Source: a virus
UHGV virus genome: UHGV-1366919
Reading direction: 5' to 3' (one strand)
Length of the DNA: 64,000 bases
The notes under the pieces were generated by a model, which worked only from the letters and a program-made list of their open reading frames with translations, was not told the origin of the DNA and searched no databases. Below are positions 55,385 through 64,000 of the stretch, piece after piece; within the stretch, counting starts at the first letter, position 1, and each line of letters starts with the position of its first letter. The translations under genes and the position numbers were made by a program.

Positions 55385-55654
55385 TTATGAATTTGTATAA
55401 TAAATTCGTTTAAATCCCATTGTTCTAAGCATATTCATACAATTTGCACAAGGTTTAGAAGATACAATATTTCCATTATTATCAATTCTAATATTAAAAA
55501 ATTCAATATCAGAACAATCTTCTTTTCCCAATTTAAGAATTGCAGAAATTTCTGAATGAAAGCAAGGTTTATAAGACTTAGAACCAAATACTTTATATTT
55601 TCCATATTTGATTTTATAAACAACTCGATCATAATTATTCACACCAATTGCCAA
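55385..55654 (-). CDS. CMP/dCMP-type deaminase zinc-binding domain protein (short)
   Basis: HSEISAI...PCANCMNML matches the (H/C)xE...PCxxC deaminase signature; only 89 aa. Confidence 0.4.
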   Translation of the reverse strand: MAIGVNNYDRVVYKIKYGKYKVFGSKSYKPCFHSEISAILKLGKEDCSDIEFFNIRIDNNGNIVSSKPCANCMNMLRTMGFKRIYYTNS

Positions 55655-55765
55655 TACTTTCTTTTTAAGAACAGCAAATGTTATATGAAATGAACGGCCT
55701 GTTTGTTTTTGTCCTTTTAATGCTTTTGATATATCGATATAATTATTATTTTTTATATCTCACTT

Positions 55766-56611
55766 TCAGAAGGTGCCTGCAAAAAGCCTTCTTCGAATTG
55801 ACATTAAATCTTTTCCAAGATTATTTTCTCCAATCCCATTACAAACTCCAAAATAAGTATCTCCCCAGGTATTTTCTTCAATAAGAATTGATTCTCCTGT
55901 TCTCATTAATAGAGTTTTAAATGGTTCTTGCTTGAATTTTTCTTCACAAACTGCATACATAACCATATTTTTAATTCTATCCCAATCTTTTCGAAGGGGA
56001 ACAGTTTGACCTAATTTCCTAGCTTCTTTCGGAGACAATCCAATAAATTGGGCACGAATACCAAGATCTTCAGTCTTAAGAGCTTGATAAGCAGCTTCAG
56101 TAGAATTAAAAACCATTCCTTCCGCTATTATTTTAACTTCGGCAAAATTAGAAAGAAATTTAAAAATGCCTCTAAAATCAGCAATTATACGAGGATAAGA
56201 AAAGAAATATCCATTTGTTCCTTTAAAATTATTGGAATCAACAATATCCCAATATTTGTTATCATTAAAATTATAAACAAAAGCTTTTCCAAACAAAATT
56301 GGAGGAGGCTGATGAGAAATATTAGGCCTCCAAGCTTCCTGAAGAGTGACAGAATCAGCCCTATCTCTATAATAATAAGAAACAGAATTATCCTTTAAAT
56401 CGGAAGGAATCCATGAACCAGCGGCAAGTTTATGCGGACTTAACCTATGAATATTCCCATTTTTAATTAAAAGTTCTGGACAATCATTATAATGGCATAA
56501 AACATTTGATAAGAATTCCATATGATCAGAAGTTCTCATATCAAATAGAAACAATTCTAACCAAACTTCTTTAAGACTATCATAGATAAAAAGTTGAGTA
56601 GGATAATTCAT
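55766..56611 (-). CDS. NADAR (YbiA/DUF1768-like) domain protein
   Basis: C-terminal half FLSNFAEVKIIAEGMVFNSTEAAYQALKTED...WGDTYFGVCNGIGENNLGKDLMSIRRRL matches the NADAR/YbiA pattern. Confidence 0.5.
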   Translation of the reverse strand: MNYPTQLFIYDSLKEVWLELFLFDMRTSDHMEFLSNVLCHYNDCPELLIKNGNIHRLSPHKLAAGSWIPSDLKDNSVSYYYRDRADSVTLQEAWRPNISHQPPPILFGKAFVYNFNDNKYWDIVDSNNFKGTNGYFFSYPRIIADFRGIFKFLSNFAEVKIIAEGMVFNSTEAAYQALKTEDLGIRAQFIGLSPKEARKLGQTVPLRKDWDRIKNMVMYAVCEEKFKQEPFKTLLMRTGESILIEENTWGDTYFGVCNGIGENNLGKDLMSIRRRLFAGTF

Positions 56612-57255
56612 TTTCTTTTAATTAAAATTCGTTCTTCTTTAGATATAGGATTAATTTGGCAACCTTTTATTTCAAATCGTTCTTTAAAAGCTTTTTGGTT
56701 AATATTCAAAATATAAAAATTCCTTATATCTAATCTATATTTTTGATAAATCTTGATTGTTTTTAATGAATATAATGTAGCGTAATTAGCTGACAAAGTG
56801 CAAAGACCATCAAATGATTGGCAAGAATAAAAATTAAAACCATCAAATATAATATACTTCTTTTTTAGAAGAGCAGCATGAATAACATTCCACCATTTAA
56901 TTAAATCAGGATATTTTTCAATTAAAGTTTCCTTTAACCGGCAATAAAATTTATAACCTTGTTGTGCCCTTTTACCCTCAAAAGCCAATTTTCTTTTATA
57001 TTCTTTAATTCTTTTATTGAGAATTTTAACTCGAAGGTTATTAAATCTAAAATGGAAAGAATCAATTAAAAGAACTGTTTCAGTATCAACCAACGATAAA
57101 ATACTTTTTCCAGGAAAAGCTTCCTTAAATCGGAGCCAATGATAAATGTAATATTCAACAAGCTTCTCAGGGTTTTCTTTAAGATGATCTTCTATACTCC
57201 TTCCTAAAGGCTTAATAAGAGTTTTATATAACTCAACTTGAGAAATCTTGTTCAT
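56608..57255 (-). CDS. hypothetical protein
   Basis: 215 aa. Confidence 0.35.
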   Translation of the reverse strand: MNKISQVELYKTLIKPLGRSIEDHLKENPEKLVEYYIYHWLRFKEAFPGKSILSLVDTETVLLIDSFHFRFNNLRVKILNKRIKEYKRKLAFEGKRAQQGYKFYCRLKETLIEKYPDLIKWWNVIHAALLKKKYIIFDGFNFYSCQSFDGLCTLSANYATLYSLKTIKIYQKYRLDIRNFYILNINQKAFKERFEIKGCQINPISKEERILIKRK

Positions 57256-57499
57256 AATTAAAAATAAAAAAGTTAAGAGAGGGAGATTTAGTTGCTAAAG
57301 CCTCCAATAAGAGCCTGATACTCATTTTACCGGTCAACTTTACACATCCTAATCTCTTATAAGAAACCATTAATTTAGGCAAAGTAATCAGTATACCTGC
57401 ACTAAATGTATTCCTTAATAACAATCCTCAGTCTAGTAAAGGAGCTACCTTTATACTACTATTGGTCTAAACTTTTATTTGTCTTTCACTTAAAAACTA

Positions 57500-58612
57500 T
57501 TAGATGTTCATTAATTTATTATACACCTTGAAACCAATAGGTGTTTTGCGATAAATCATCCACAGTAGAGTTTGATTCAAGCTAGGATAAGTTTTCAATA
57601 ACTGAACTACTTCATGGGCATCTTCATAAATATTGATTTCTTTTAACCTTTTTTGACATTCTTTATAAGGAAGAACTACGAATTGTTCAAATTTTTTACA
57701 AACCTCAATCATATTAGGTTTAATATATTCTGCGATCTCATAGTCAAATTGTTTTTCTACAAACTCATAAAACTGCTTTTGAACTTGTTCAGCTTCAAAA
57801 GTTTCCGGATTGAGATAACCATGTTCATACATCGCTTCAGCTACTTTGAGTATAGAACTTAAGGTAGATTTCATCCGATGCAAAGTACAATACCAATCTG
57901 ATTTTATCTTTTTAAGAAGCTGTCCATTATTAAAATAAACAACAACTCCTTCAGCCGAAGTCCAGGATTTAATCTTTTCATTTAAATCAATGTAAGATTT
58001 AATATCCGGATATTCATATTGCCTTGGCCGTTTAAATTTATATGTATGAGCAATCGAGTTTAATTCTTTCTGAGTGGCATAAGAGTAATCTTTATGATTA
58101 ACCTTTCCAATCAGGAATAAATCAGGATTATCATACTTGAGAACAATCTGATTCGTTGGGGTTACCCATTCAAAAATCAAAGAAAAATCTGCAGTTTCGT
58201 AAGATTTAAAATATAATTCAATCTTGTACTGTTCCAATAAAGGATTAAGTTCGGAAGCATTTTTCTGTTGATATGCAGAAATAGTACCTCTGGTTCGAAC
58301 AATAAGTTTTCCTTTATATTTTGAAACAATCAGACATGAACCATCTAACTTTTCGGTTAGAACAAAATCTTTATCATAGTATGGTGCAACTGGTTCAAAA
58401 GCTGGCTGTTCATTAAAATTCATGAACTTTCTAAATCCCAATGAAACTGGGAATCCATCAGAAACCCGCCAAATAGAAGAACGATAAATCTTATTTAAAT
58501 CAGTAAATTTGGCAGAAATCAAAGGCGTAATCAGAACACAAAGGTCTCCAGCAATTTCTACTTCTTTAAAAGAAAATTCTTCTTCGGATTCTTTAAACCA
58601 CTGATACTTCAT
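57500..58612 (-). CDS. ATP-dependent RNA/DNA ligase family protein (Rnl-like)
   Basis: Motif I LTEKLDGSCLI (KxDG); AEGVVVYF...LKKIKS (motif IV/V). Confidence 0.55.
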   Translation of the reverse strand: MKYQWFKESEEEFSFKEVEIAGDLCVLITPLISAKFTDLNKIYRSSIWRVSDGFPVSLGFRKFMNFNEQPAFEPVAPYYDKDFVLTEKLDGSCLIVSKYKGKLIVRTRGTISAYQQKNASELNPLLEQYKIELYFKSYETADFSLIFEWVTPTNQIVLKYDNPDLFLIGKVNHKDYSYATQKELNSIAHTYKFKRPRQYEYPDIKSYIDLNEKIKSWTSAEGVVVYFNNGQLLKKIKSDWYCTLHRMKSTLSSILKVAEAMYEHGYLNPETFEAEQVQKQFYEFVEKQFDYEIAEYIKPNMIEVCKKFEQFVVLPYKECQKRLKEINIYEDAHEVVQLLKTYPSLNQTLLWMIYRKTPIGFKVYNKLMNI

Positions 58613-58826
58613 ACTTCCAACTAATTATTCCATTTTTATGACAGACAGAAATTACTTCAATTTTAAATGAACAAGTATAAGTTATTTTAGTATTATCTTT
58701 AGATGACTCAACTGACAAATGAGAAATCAAATCTTTATGAGGCATATCAAGAGAAACATAACTATTATCTCTTATATCAACAGCCTCCCAATGAACCCGG
58801 AATTCATTCCAATAAAGAAGGAACAT
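58593..58826 (-). CDS. hypothetical small protein (paralog of 58829-59074)
   Basis: N-termini MFLLYWNEFRVHWEAVDIRD vs MIIVHWNRSSNRWEAKDTKT. Confidence 0.3.
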   Translation of the reverse strand: MFLLYWNEFRVHWEAVDIRDNSYVSLDMPHKDLISHLSVESSKDNTKITYTCSFKIEVISVCHKNGIISWKYEVSVV

Positions 58827-58828
58827 AA

Positions 58829-59074
58829 TTAGAATCCAGCTGGAACGCAGCCATTCTTAACCTGGAGGCTGCCGCCGGGAGTTTTAGTAATAGTAAATGT
58901 TCCAGAACGAGAAGGACATTTATAAATTACATAGGCCTCATTTTCAGAAGAAGAAATTGCAAGAGGCTGAGAAAGCTCATTTTCTCGAGGAATAGCCAAA
59001 CCGATTGCATTACCAGTCTTGGTGTCCTTAGCTTCCCAACGATTTGATGAACGATTCCAATGTACGATAATCAT
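58829..59074 (-). CDS. hypothetical small protein (paralog of 58593-58826)
   Basis: 81 aa. Confidence 0.3.
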   Translation of the reverse strand: MIIVHWNRSSNRWEAKDTKTGNAIGLAIPRENELSQPLAISSSENEAYVIYKCPSRSGTFTITKTPGGSLQVKNGCVPAGF

Positions 59075-59333
59075 AATTTTAATTTCTAATTGTTAAATGT
59101 TATACTTTTATATTATTAAAACTCTTAATTTTTAGAGGTGTTCTTTACTTTTTCTAAATAAGCCTCAATTTTCAAAACTTCTTTATATGAAAATGATTTA
59201 TCTTTACACTTAGGGCAAATATGTGTTAATACATCTGGAACAATAATAACTTGACCTTTTTTGTCGGTGAAAACAAAATCTTCAATAACTTTTTGATAAT
59301 ATGGTTGCTAAATTCAATGAAATCTAATGAAAT

Positions 59334-60434
59334 TCATTGACGTTCGGCTTTTAGGTTTTGGGGACTATATACTCCCAAATGGAGAATGTTAATAGCTGCA
59401 TTAATATCTGCATCCATCTCAGCTCCACAAGTCTTACAGTGATATACTTCACCTTGTCGACTTGACTTATTAACAGTATTACAAACGTGGCATCGTTGAG
59501 ATGTATAAGCAGGAGGAACTTTAATGAGTAAGAAACCTTCTTCTTCACTAAATCTACCTAACTTATTCATTACTTTAATGTAACTCCACCTTTGTAACTT
59601 GTTGTTAAACTTTTTGGAAAATTTTTTACCTCGTTTTACGTTCTTAAGATTCTCAACTATAATCTGCCCACAATCTTTATGCTCATTATAAAACTTTTTA
59701 ACGGTTCGGTTGATTGCTTGATCTCTTTCAATTAATGCACGTTTGAAAGCTTTAGACCGTTGTTTCTTACGAGAAATCTTTTCATAGATTCCTTCTAATT
59801 CTTTGCCGTAAACCTTTCCGTCACTACATGCGAGTAGTTTCTTGTAACCGCAATCGACACCAATCGGTCTACCATCATGCTTCGCTACTTCTTCTTTCTC
59901 CCAGTAAAGACATAACATTCCATTATCTCGAAGCATCATTGTTCGATTATTAAACTCGAATCCTTGATCTTTCAAACAGTTACAAGCATAATGAAACTTA
60001 ATAGGAATATTGAATGTAAGATAACGTGTTTTTGTTTTAAGATAAGGAGAAAAAATACGAATAAAATAATCAAACTCACCTTCCTCACATTTTTCAATAT
60101 CCCATAAATGGTAGTTAATATTAACTGAATGAGATTTGATTATAGGTTTAGTAAATGGTTTGTGACATTTTTTACCTTTATATTTTGCTAGTACCGAACG
60201 ATAAGTTTGTACTGCTTCACGATAACAATCAACTCTCCAGTTAGCATTTACTATATCATTAAGAATTGGTAACTCTTTACTCGAAAGATTAGTTTTAAGA
60301 GGCAGTTTCTTTTCGTAAATGAGGTCGATATATTTCTGTAGTAACCATTGATAATCAGATACTATCTTCTTATACAATACCTTTTTACCGGTATTGGCAA
60401 ACTTAATTGTATGTGAAGAAGTACGTAATATCAT
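59334..60434 (-). CDS. tnpB: TnpB (IS605 OrfB family)
   Basis: GVDCGYKKLLACS (RuvC-I), zinc finger CHVCN...CKTCG, DADINAAINI (RuvC-III). Confidence 0.8.
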   Translation of the reverse strand: MILRTSSHTIKFANTGKKVLYKKIVSDYQWLLQKYIDLIYEKKLPLKTNLSSKELPILNDIVNANWRVDCYREAVQTYRSVLAKYKGKKCHKPFTKPIIKSHSVNINYHLWDIEKCEEGEFDYFIRIFSPYLKTKTRYLTFNIPIKFHYACNCLKDQGFEFNNRTMMLRDNGMLCLYWEKEEVAKHDGRPIGVDCGYKKLLACSDGKVYGKELEGIYEKISRKKQRSKAFKRALIERDQAINRTVKKFYNEHKDCGQIIVENLKNVKRGKKFSKKFNNKLQRWSYIKVMNKLGRFSEEEGFLLIKVPPAYTSQRCHVCNTVNKSSRQGEVYHCKTCGAEMDADINAAINILHLGVYSPQNLKAERQ

Positions 60435-60565
60435 TATCTTATTTTATACGCAATTAAGTAAGGTAAAATTAGAACTTAAATATTTTTTAAGAAAAATGAA
60501 AGTTTTTATTATAAATTCATTTTATTTCTTTGAAACTAACGAATAATCAAAATGCTTTATCACAA

Positions 60566-61312
60566 TTAAAGCATAGAATCTTCTCGTCTGGGACAATATT
60601 GCTCATAATATGTCATTGAAAGTTCATTAAGACAAATACATTTACAATTTTTAAAATCAAAACTTTCATCTACATGATAATGTCCAAAGAACCAGAATTT
60701 TGGTTGGTAAATATCAAAGATCTTATTAATTATTAGCTGTTCTTCTTGAAGGTCATTACGCAAGTCAGCATCCTGCAAATACCAATAATCGAGGCGATTA
60801 TTAGAACACTTAGGAGGTAAGGGACCGCAATGGCTAAGAATACCATGAAGTCCTTTATTTTTAATAATATCTTTTTCAAGTTCATTATATTTGGGAAAAC
60901 TAATATTTTCATCAGCCCAGTAAGATCTTTCTATATCTCTAAAACATCTATCAATAGATGTCCCTCCTCCTATACACATGAAAAGATCATCATTTAATAG
61001 AAGCAGTTGATGATCTTTCAAATGAATAATATTCTCATATTCTTCATCAATTAAATCATCTTTCCAATGAGAAGGGTTGTCATGATTTCCTCGAAGCAAA
61101 TAAGCTTTACAATTAAGCTTTTTTAATTCATCATTAAGCCAGCCATAGTCAAAAGCATAATTATTATCATTAAAACCTACTCCAATATCTCCAAGAAGAA
61201 TCAAATGGGCATCAGCGATATTAAGATCTTTTATCTTTTCAACCAGCTGAAACTTTTTACCATGAATATCTCCAATGAGATAAATGTCACCTTCAATCTC
61301 AAGCATATTCAA
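60566..61312 (-). CDS. calcineurin-like metallophosphoesterase
   Basis: GDIHG, GDIGVG, LRGNHDNP motifs. Confidence 0.6.
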   Translation of the reverse strand: MNMLEIEGDIYLIGDIHGKKFQLVEKIKDLNIADAHLILLGDIGVGFNDNNYAFDYGWLNDELKKLNCKAYLLRGNHDNPSHWKDDLIDEEYENIIHLKDHQLLLLNDDLFMCIGGGTSIDRCFRDIERSYWADENISFPKYNELEKDIIKNKGLHGILSHCGPLPPKCSNNRLDYWYLQDADLRNDLQEEQLIINKIFDIYQPKFWFFGHYHVDESFDFKNCKCICLNELSMTYYEQYCPRREDSML

Positions 61313-61778
61313 AATCAGGTTTAATTGTGCAAGTATTAAATCTATTCTTCATCCTTTGCATGGTTTCTTTTGGAATATCATGAATAGACCCATACTGAGT
61401 TGTCATCTTAATTACAAATACTTTTACATTATATTGCTTGGCTGCTAGAAAATAAGCTTTAAACTCTTTATCTGCAAGAAAAGTATTAGAACAAATACAG
61501 CTATGACCAGCTTTCAACCTAGAAAATGTCCTAGCTTGGCAAAAAATATGGGCGCTATGAAGATATTTTGGATTAAAATTATAATTTCCATCTTTATCTT
61601 CAAAATATTGGTCCGCTTCAAAATAAGGAATATTAAACTGACTCGAAACCTCCTTCGCCAAAGTCGTTTTGCCAGAACCCGGTAATCCCTGAATGATTAT
61701 CAGACAAGGTGCCTTCGTTGTCAGGATCATCTTTAAAATGTTCTTCAGCTTTTCGTTTTGCATGGAGTTGTAAGTCAT
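61299..61778 (-). CDS. P-loop kinase (polynucleotide-kinase-like AAA_33)
   Basis: Walker A GLPGSGKTT; small size and context with phosphoesterases and ligase. Confidence 0.5.
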   Translation of the reverse strand: MTYNSMQNEKLKNILKMILTTKAPCLIIIQGLPGSGKTTLAKEVSSQFNIPYFEADQYFEDKDGNYNFNPKYLHSAHIFCQARTFSRLKAGHSCICSNTFLADKEFKAYFLAAKQYNVKVFVIKMTTQYGSIHDIPKETMQRMKNRFNTCTIKPDFEYA

Positions 61779-62403
61779 TATATTTTTCTTTTTTCCTTAA
61801 AATATCAAGGCACTCTTCCAAAGTAAAATAAATTCGATTCTTTAACTTCAACGCATTGTCAACTCCACAATCAAAAATTTTGCCAAATGAAGAATCATCT
61901 GCATTTAAATGAGGACTGCCCCCATGACAGTGCCCGCAAAGAACTCCCAAAGCGGCATGATCCCAATCCATAATTGGAAAATGAGAAAGCCAGACATAAC
62001 ATTTCTTGGAAATTCTCAATGGAATATTAGAACCTAAAAGGGCAAGATTTTCATATTCATTATTACTGGTACCGCCAAAAATAGTATTCAATCCGGAACA
62101 GTGGTTACCAGTTAATGTATAAATCTTTTTAAATGGAAAAGTAGAAAATATTTTAATAATATCCGCAGAAGCATCATTAAAGATATTATCTCCTAGAGAA
62201 ATCAAATAAGAATCTTTATTATTGATGGCAAGATTATATAATTGGTCCAGACAATAATCAGTGTATTCAGCACAAGAGTTAAATCCTCTTGCCCCGTAAA
62301 GAAATTCTTTGTCATGATTCAAATGAAGATCAGAAACAATAAAAATATTCTTATCATTCAATTCTTTAATCAACGGGCCAATGATATTATGTCTCAGAAT
62401 CAT
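61633..62403 (-). CDS. metallophosphoesterase (phosphatase); 3' end overlaps the kinase gene by ~146 nt in another frame
   Basis: SDLHLNHD, GDNIFN, LTGNHC, HGG motifs. Confidence 0.5.
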   Translation of the reverse strand: MILRHNIIGPLIKELNDKNIFIVSDLHLNHDKEFLYGARGFNSCAEYTDYCLDQLYNLAINNKDSYLISLGDNIFNDASADIIKIFSTFPFKKIYTLTGNHCSGLNTIFGGTSNNEYENLALLGSNIPLRISKKCYVWLSHFPIMDWDHAALGVLCGHCHGGSPHLNADDSSFGKIFDCGVDNALKLKNRIYFTLEECLDILRKKEKYNDLQLHAKRKAEEHFKDDPDNEGTLSDNHSGITGFWQNDFGEGGFESV

Positions 62404-62504
62404 ATTTTTTATTTTCTTCTTCTAGCTGTCTTTTGATAACTGGATCGCCTAGCCAGTATATAAAATATTCTTTATCATCCTGAGATTGAATCCAAAGATA
62501 CTCA

Positions 62505-63959
62505 AGGCTCTGTCCTACCACAGTGTTGATTTTTAAGGAATCTTTCATGCTGTAAGACTTAATGTGTTGATGTTACCATCAAGACAATGGGTGAAGCCCC
62601 ACCCTCTACACCTTGGTCGGAGACCGACATCGGGTGCTTCTTTTCTATATCGATTTTAATTGGATTAAACATTGATTTGTGAGGTGAGAATGTTTTGCCG
62701 AGACCTCTACGCAGTATGTTAGCGGCACCATTGATGTCGGCGTTTAACATGCATCCAACAGAGCTTACAAACAACCCACGTTTCTTTCTCTTACCCATAT
62801 ATTCATCATAGTGACAAATATCCTCGTCGTCAAGGAATGAGCATTTGGAGGTGTGAGACTCATTGTGAGTTTCCACATTGATACCGGCTTCACTTGCTTT
62901 GTAAGACAACATCCAAATGAGTTGAGAATGTGGAATGCTCACAAAGTTCTGATTGTTTCGTTTACCAATGTTTACTTCCTGCTTCCATCCATCATTATGA
63001 CCGATAAAGCAGTTTCCGATTTTGTTTTCTACCATCAAATCAACCACTGAACGACTAGCCTTGTGCATATAATCTTTTGTTTTGTTATTGCGCTTTCTAG
63101 TAAGTCTCCTGAGTTTCTTTGATGTATTCATATCTCTCTCAGCCAACTTAGATACAATTTCAGCGTAAGTCTTGTTATAATATTGGTTGATGCTCTTTAA
63201 TGGTCTGCCATTAACAAGGTGGGATATAGACCCCTCGTTTGAAGTTACAGCCATTAAGTTATCAATACCAATATCTATCCCTACTGCTTTGTTGTAGTCT
63301 AAGTCAACCGGAGAAATCTTTGTTTTGTAGAAGATTTGTATCTCTATACATCCTTGCTTTGGCACAAGACGAAGCTCTTGCAAGGAGGTGAGCTTCGTTT
63401 TAATTGAAAGCTTAAAGTCCTTGCGAATGTTTATCGTTCCGTCTTTCTGGATTTTCGCGTCATTATAAGAGAAGGCAACGGAAAATAACTTATCGCCATT
63501 TGCTTCTTTCTTATACCTGGGCATCCTTGGTTTCCCAGTGAATTTCTGTGGATTCTTCTTGTATGAGTTAAGAGACCTGAACCAAGTAGAGAATGATTCG
63601 GCACACTTCTTCACAGTTTGTGCTGCTTCGTTATCCTTTAACAACGATCTAAAATCTTTGTCGTTTAACTTCCTCATTCTGGTGATTAGGTCAAACACAG
63701 AGATAAATTTCTCTTTCCTGATTATGTCTGTGTATTCAGGAATGTTCTCGTGTTTGCCACTAAACGCTTGGCGGAGAATGTATAACGTTCTATTGTAAAG
63801 AGATGTATTCAGAGAGCATTCTTGCACAGCCCAACCATAGAAGGATGTCCCTTCTTTTATCTGGTGCGTTTCAACTCTGATTGCCTCTTCTTGCATTCGC
63901 TGTTGTATATATTATACCATAGGTTTATCAGAAATCAACACTGTGGTAGGACAGAGCCT
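62505..63959. mobile_element. TnpB-carrying element bounded by perfect 28-bp terminal inverted repeats
   Basis: aggctctgtcctaccacagtgttgattt at 62505-62532 and its exact reverse complement at 63932-63959, each ~30 bp from the tnpB stop/start. Element is GC-richer than the host sequence. Confidence 0.65.
62559..63896 (-). CDS. tnpB: TnpB (IS1341-like), paralog of 3644-4906
   Basis: 445 aa. GIDIGIDNLMAVT, zinc finger CSFLDDEDIC, NADINGAANI. N-terminal region collinear with the 3644-4906 protein. Confidence 0.8.
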   Translation of the reverse strand: MQEEAIRVETHQIKEGTSFYGWAVQECSLNTSLYNRTLYILRQAFSGKHENIPEYTDIIRKEKFISVFDLITRMRKLNDKDFRSLLKDNEAAQTVKKCAESFSTWFRSLNSYKKNPQKFTGKPRMPRYKKEANGDKLFSVAFSYNDAKIQKDGTINIRKDFKLSIKTKLTSLQELRLVPKQGCIEIQIFYKTKISPVDLDYNKAVGIDIGIDNLMAVTSNEGSISHLVNGRPLKSINQYYNKTYAEIVSKLAERDMNTSKKLRRLTRKRNNKTKDYMHKASRSVVDLMVENKIGNCFIGHNDGWKQEVNIGKRNNQNFVSIPHSQLIWMLSYKASEAGINVETHNESHTSKCSFLDDEDICHYDEYMGKRKKRGLFVSSVGCMLNADINGAANILRRGLGKTFSPHKSMFNPIKIDIEKKHPMSVSDQGVEGGASPIVLMVTSTH

Positions 63960-64000
63960 AAATGTATCTTAACCGTCTCTGTATTCATGAACACCCATTC

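Noticed and set aside
57233-57424. ORF 57233-57424 (-)
   Set aside because: 63-aa ORF lying in the intergenic promoter region between two better-supported genes; no independent support.

Overview
AT-rich (~30% GC) window with dense, mostly Shine-Dalgarno-less gene packing in long co-oriented blocks. It reads as part of a large tailed-phage (possibly jumbo-phage) genome from an anaerobic host, probably Bacteroidota. Layout: (1) 0-5 kb: a virion gene end plus a homing-endonuclease-like gene disrupted by an IS200/IS605-type element (tnpA+tnpB) and a second solo TnpB. (2) 5-17 kb: tail fiber, small virion ORFs, intein-containing anaerobic ribonucleotide reductase NrdD with a separately encoded glycyl-radical domain, NrdG, ClpP-like protease, gpV-like baseplate spike, and an amidase-type tail lysin. 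(3) 18-26 kb: tightly packed small plus-strand ORFs of unknown function (early-gene-like). (4) 26-30 kb: noncoding/repeat-rich region with an inverted pair of paralogous small genes flanking an IR-bounded cassette, plus iteron-like repeats. (5) 30-45 kb minus-strand block: many small unknown proteins, NAD+ salvage pair (NAMPT + NMNAT-Nudix), a tRNA-binding-domain nucleic-acid ligase, and a Ro60/TROVE-vWA-like protein beside an orphan ~350-nt noncoding transcript. (6) 45-48 kb GC-richer island: PEP-CTERM beta-helix protein, XRE regulator, IS1595-family transposase. (7) 49.6-54.5 kb: intergenic tRNA regions with at least 7 minus-strand tRNAs, some with non-canonical D/T loops, and oddly arranged tRNA halves. 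(8) 54.5-64 kb: HNH endonuclease, deaminase, NADAR protein, an RNA-repair set (ATP-dependent ligase, two metallophosphoesterases, P-loop kinase), and two more TnpB genes, one bounded by perfect 28-bp terminal inverted repeats. A conserved CACCT-core motif upstream of many minus-strand genes looks like the phage promoter element. All calls rest on reading the ORF translations and sequence by eye; no database searches were run.
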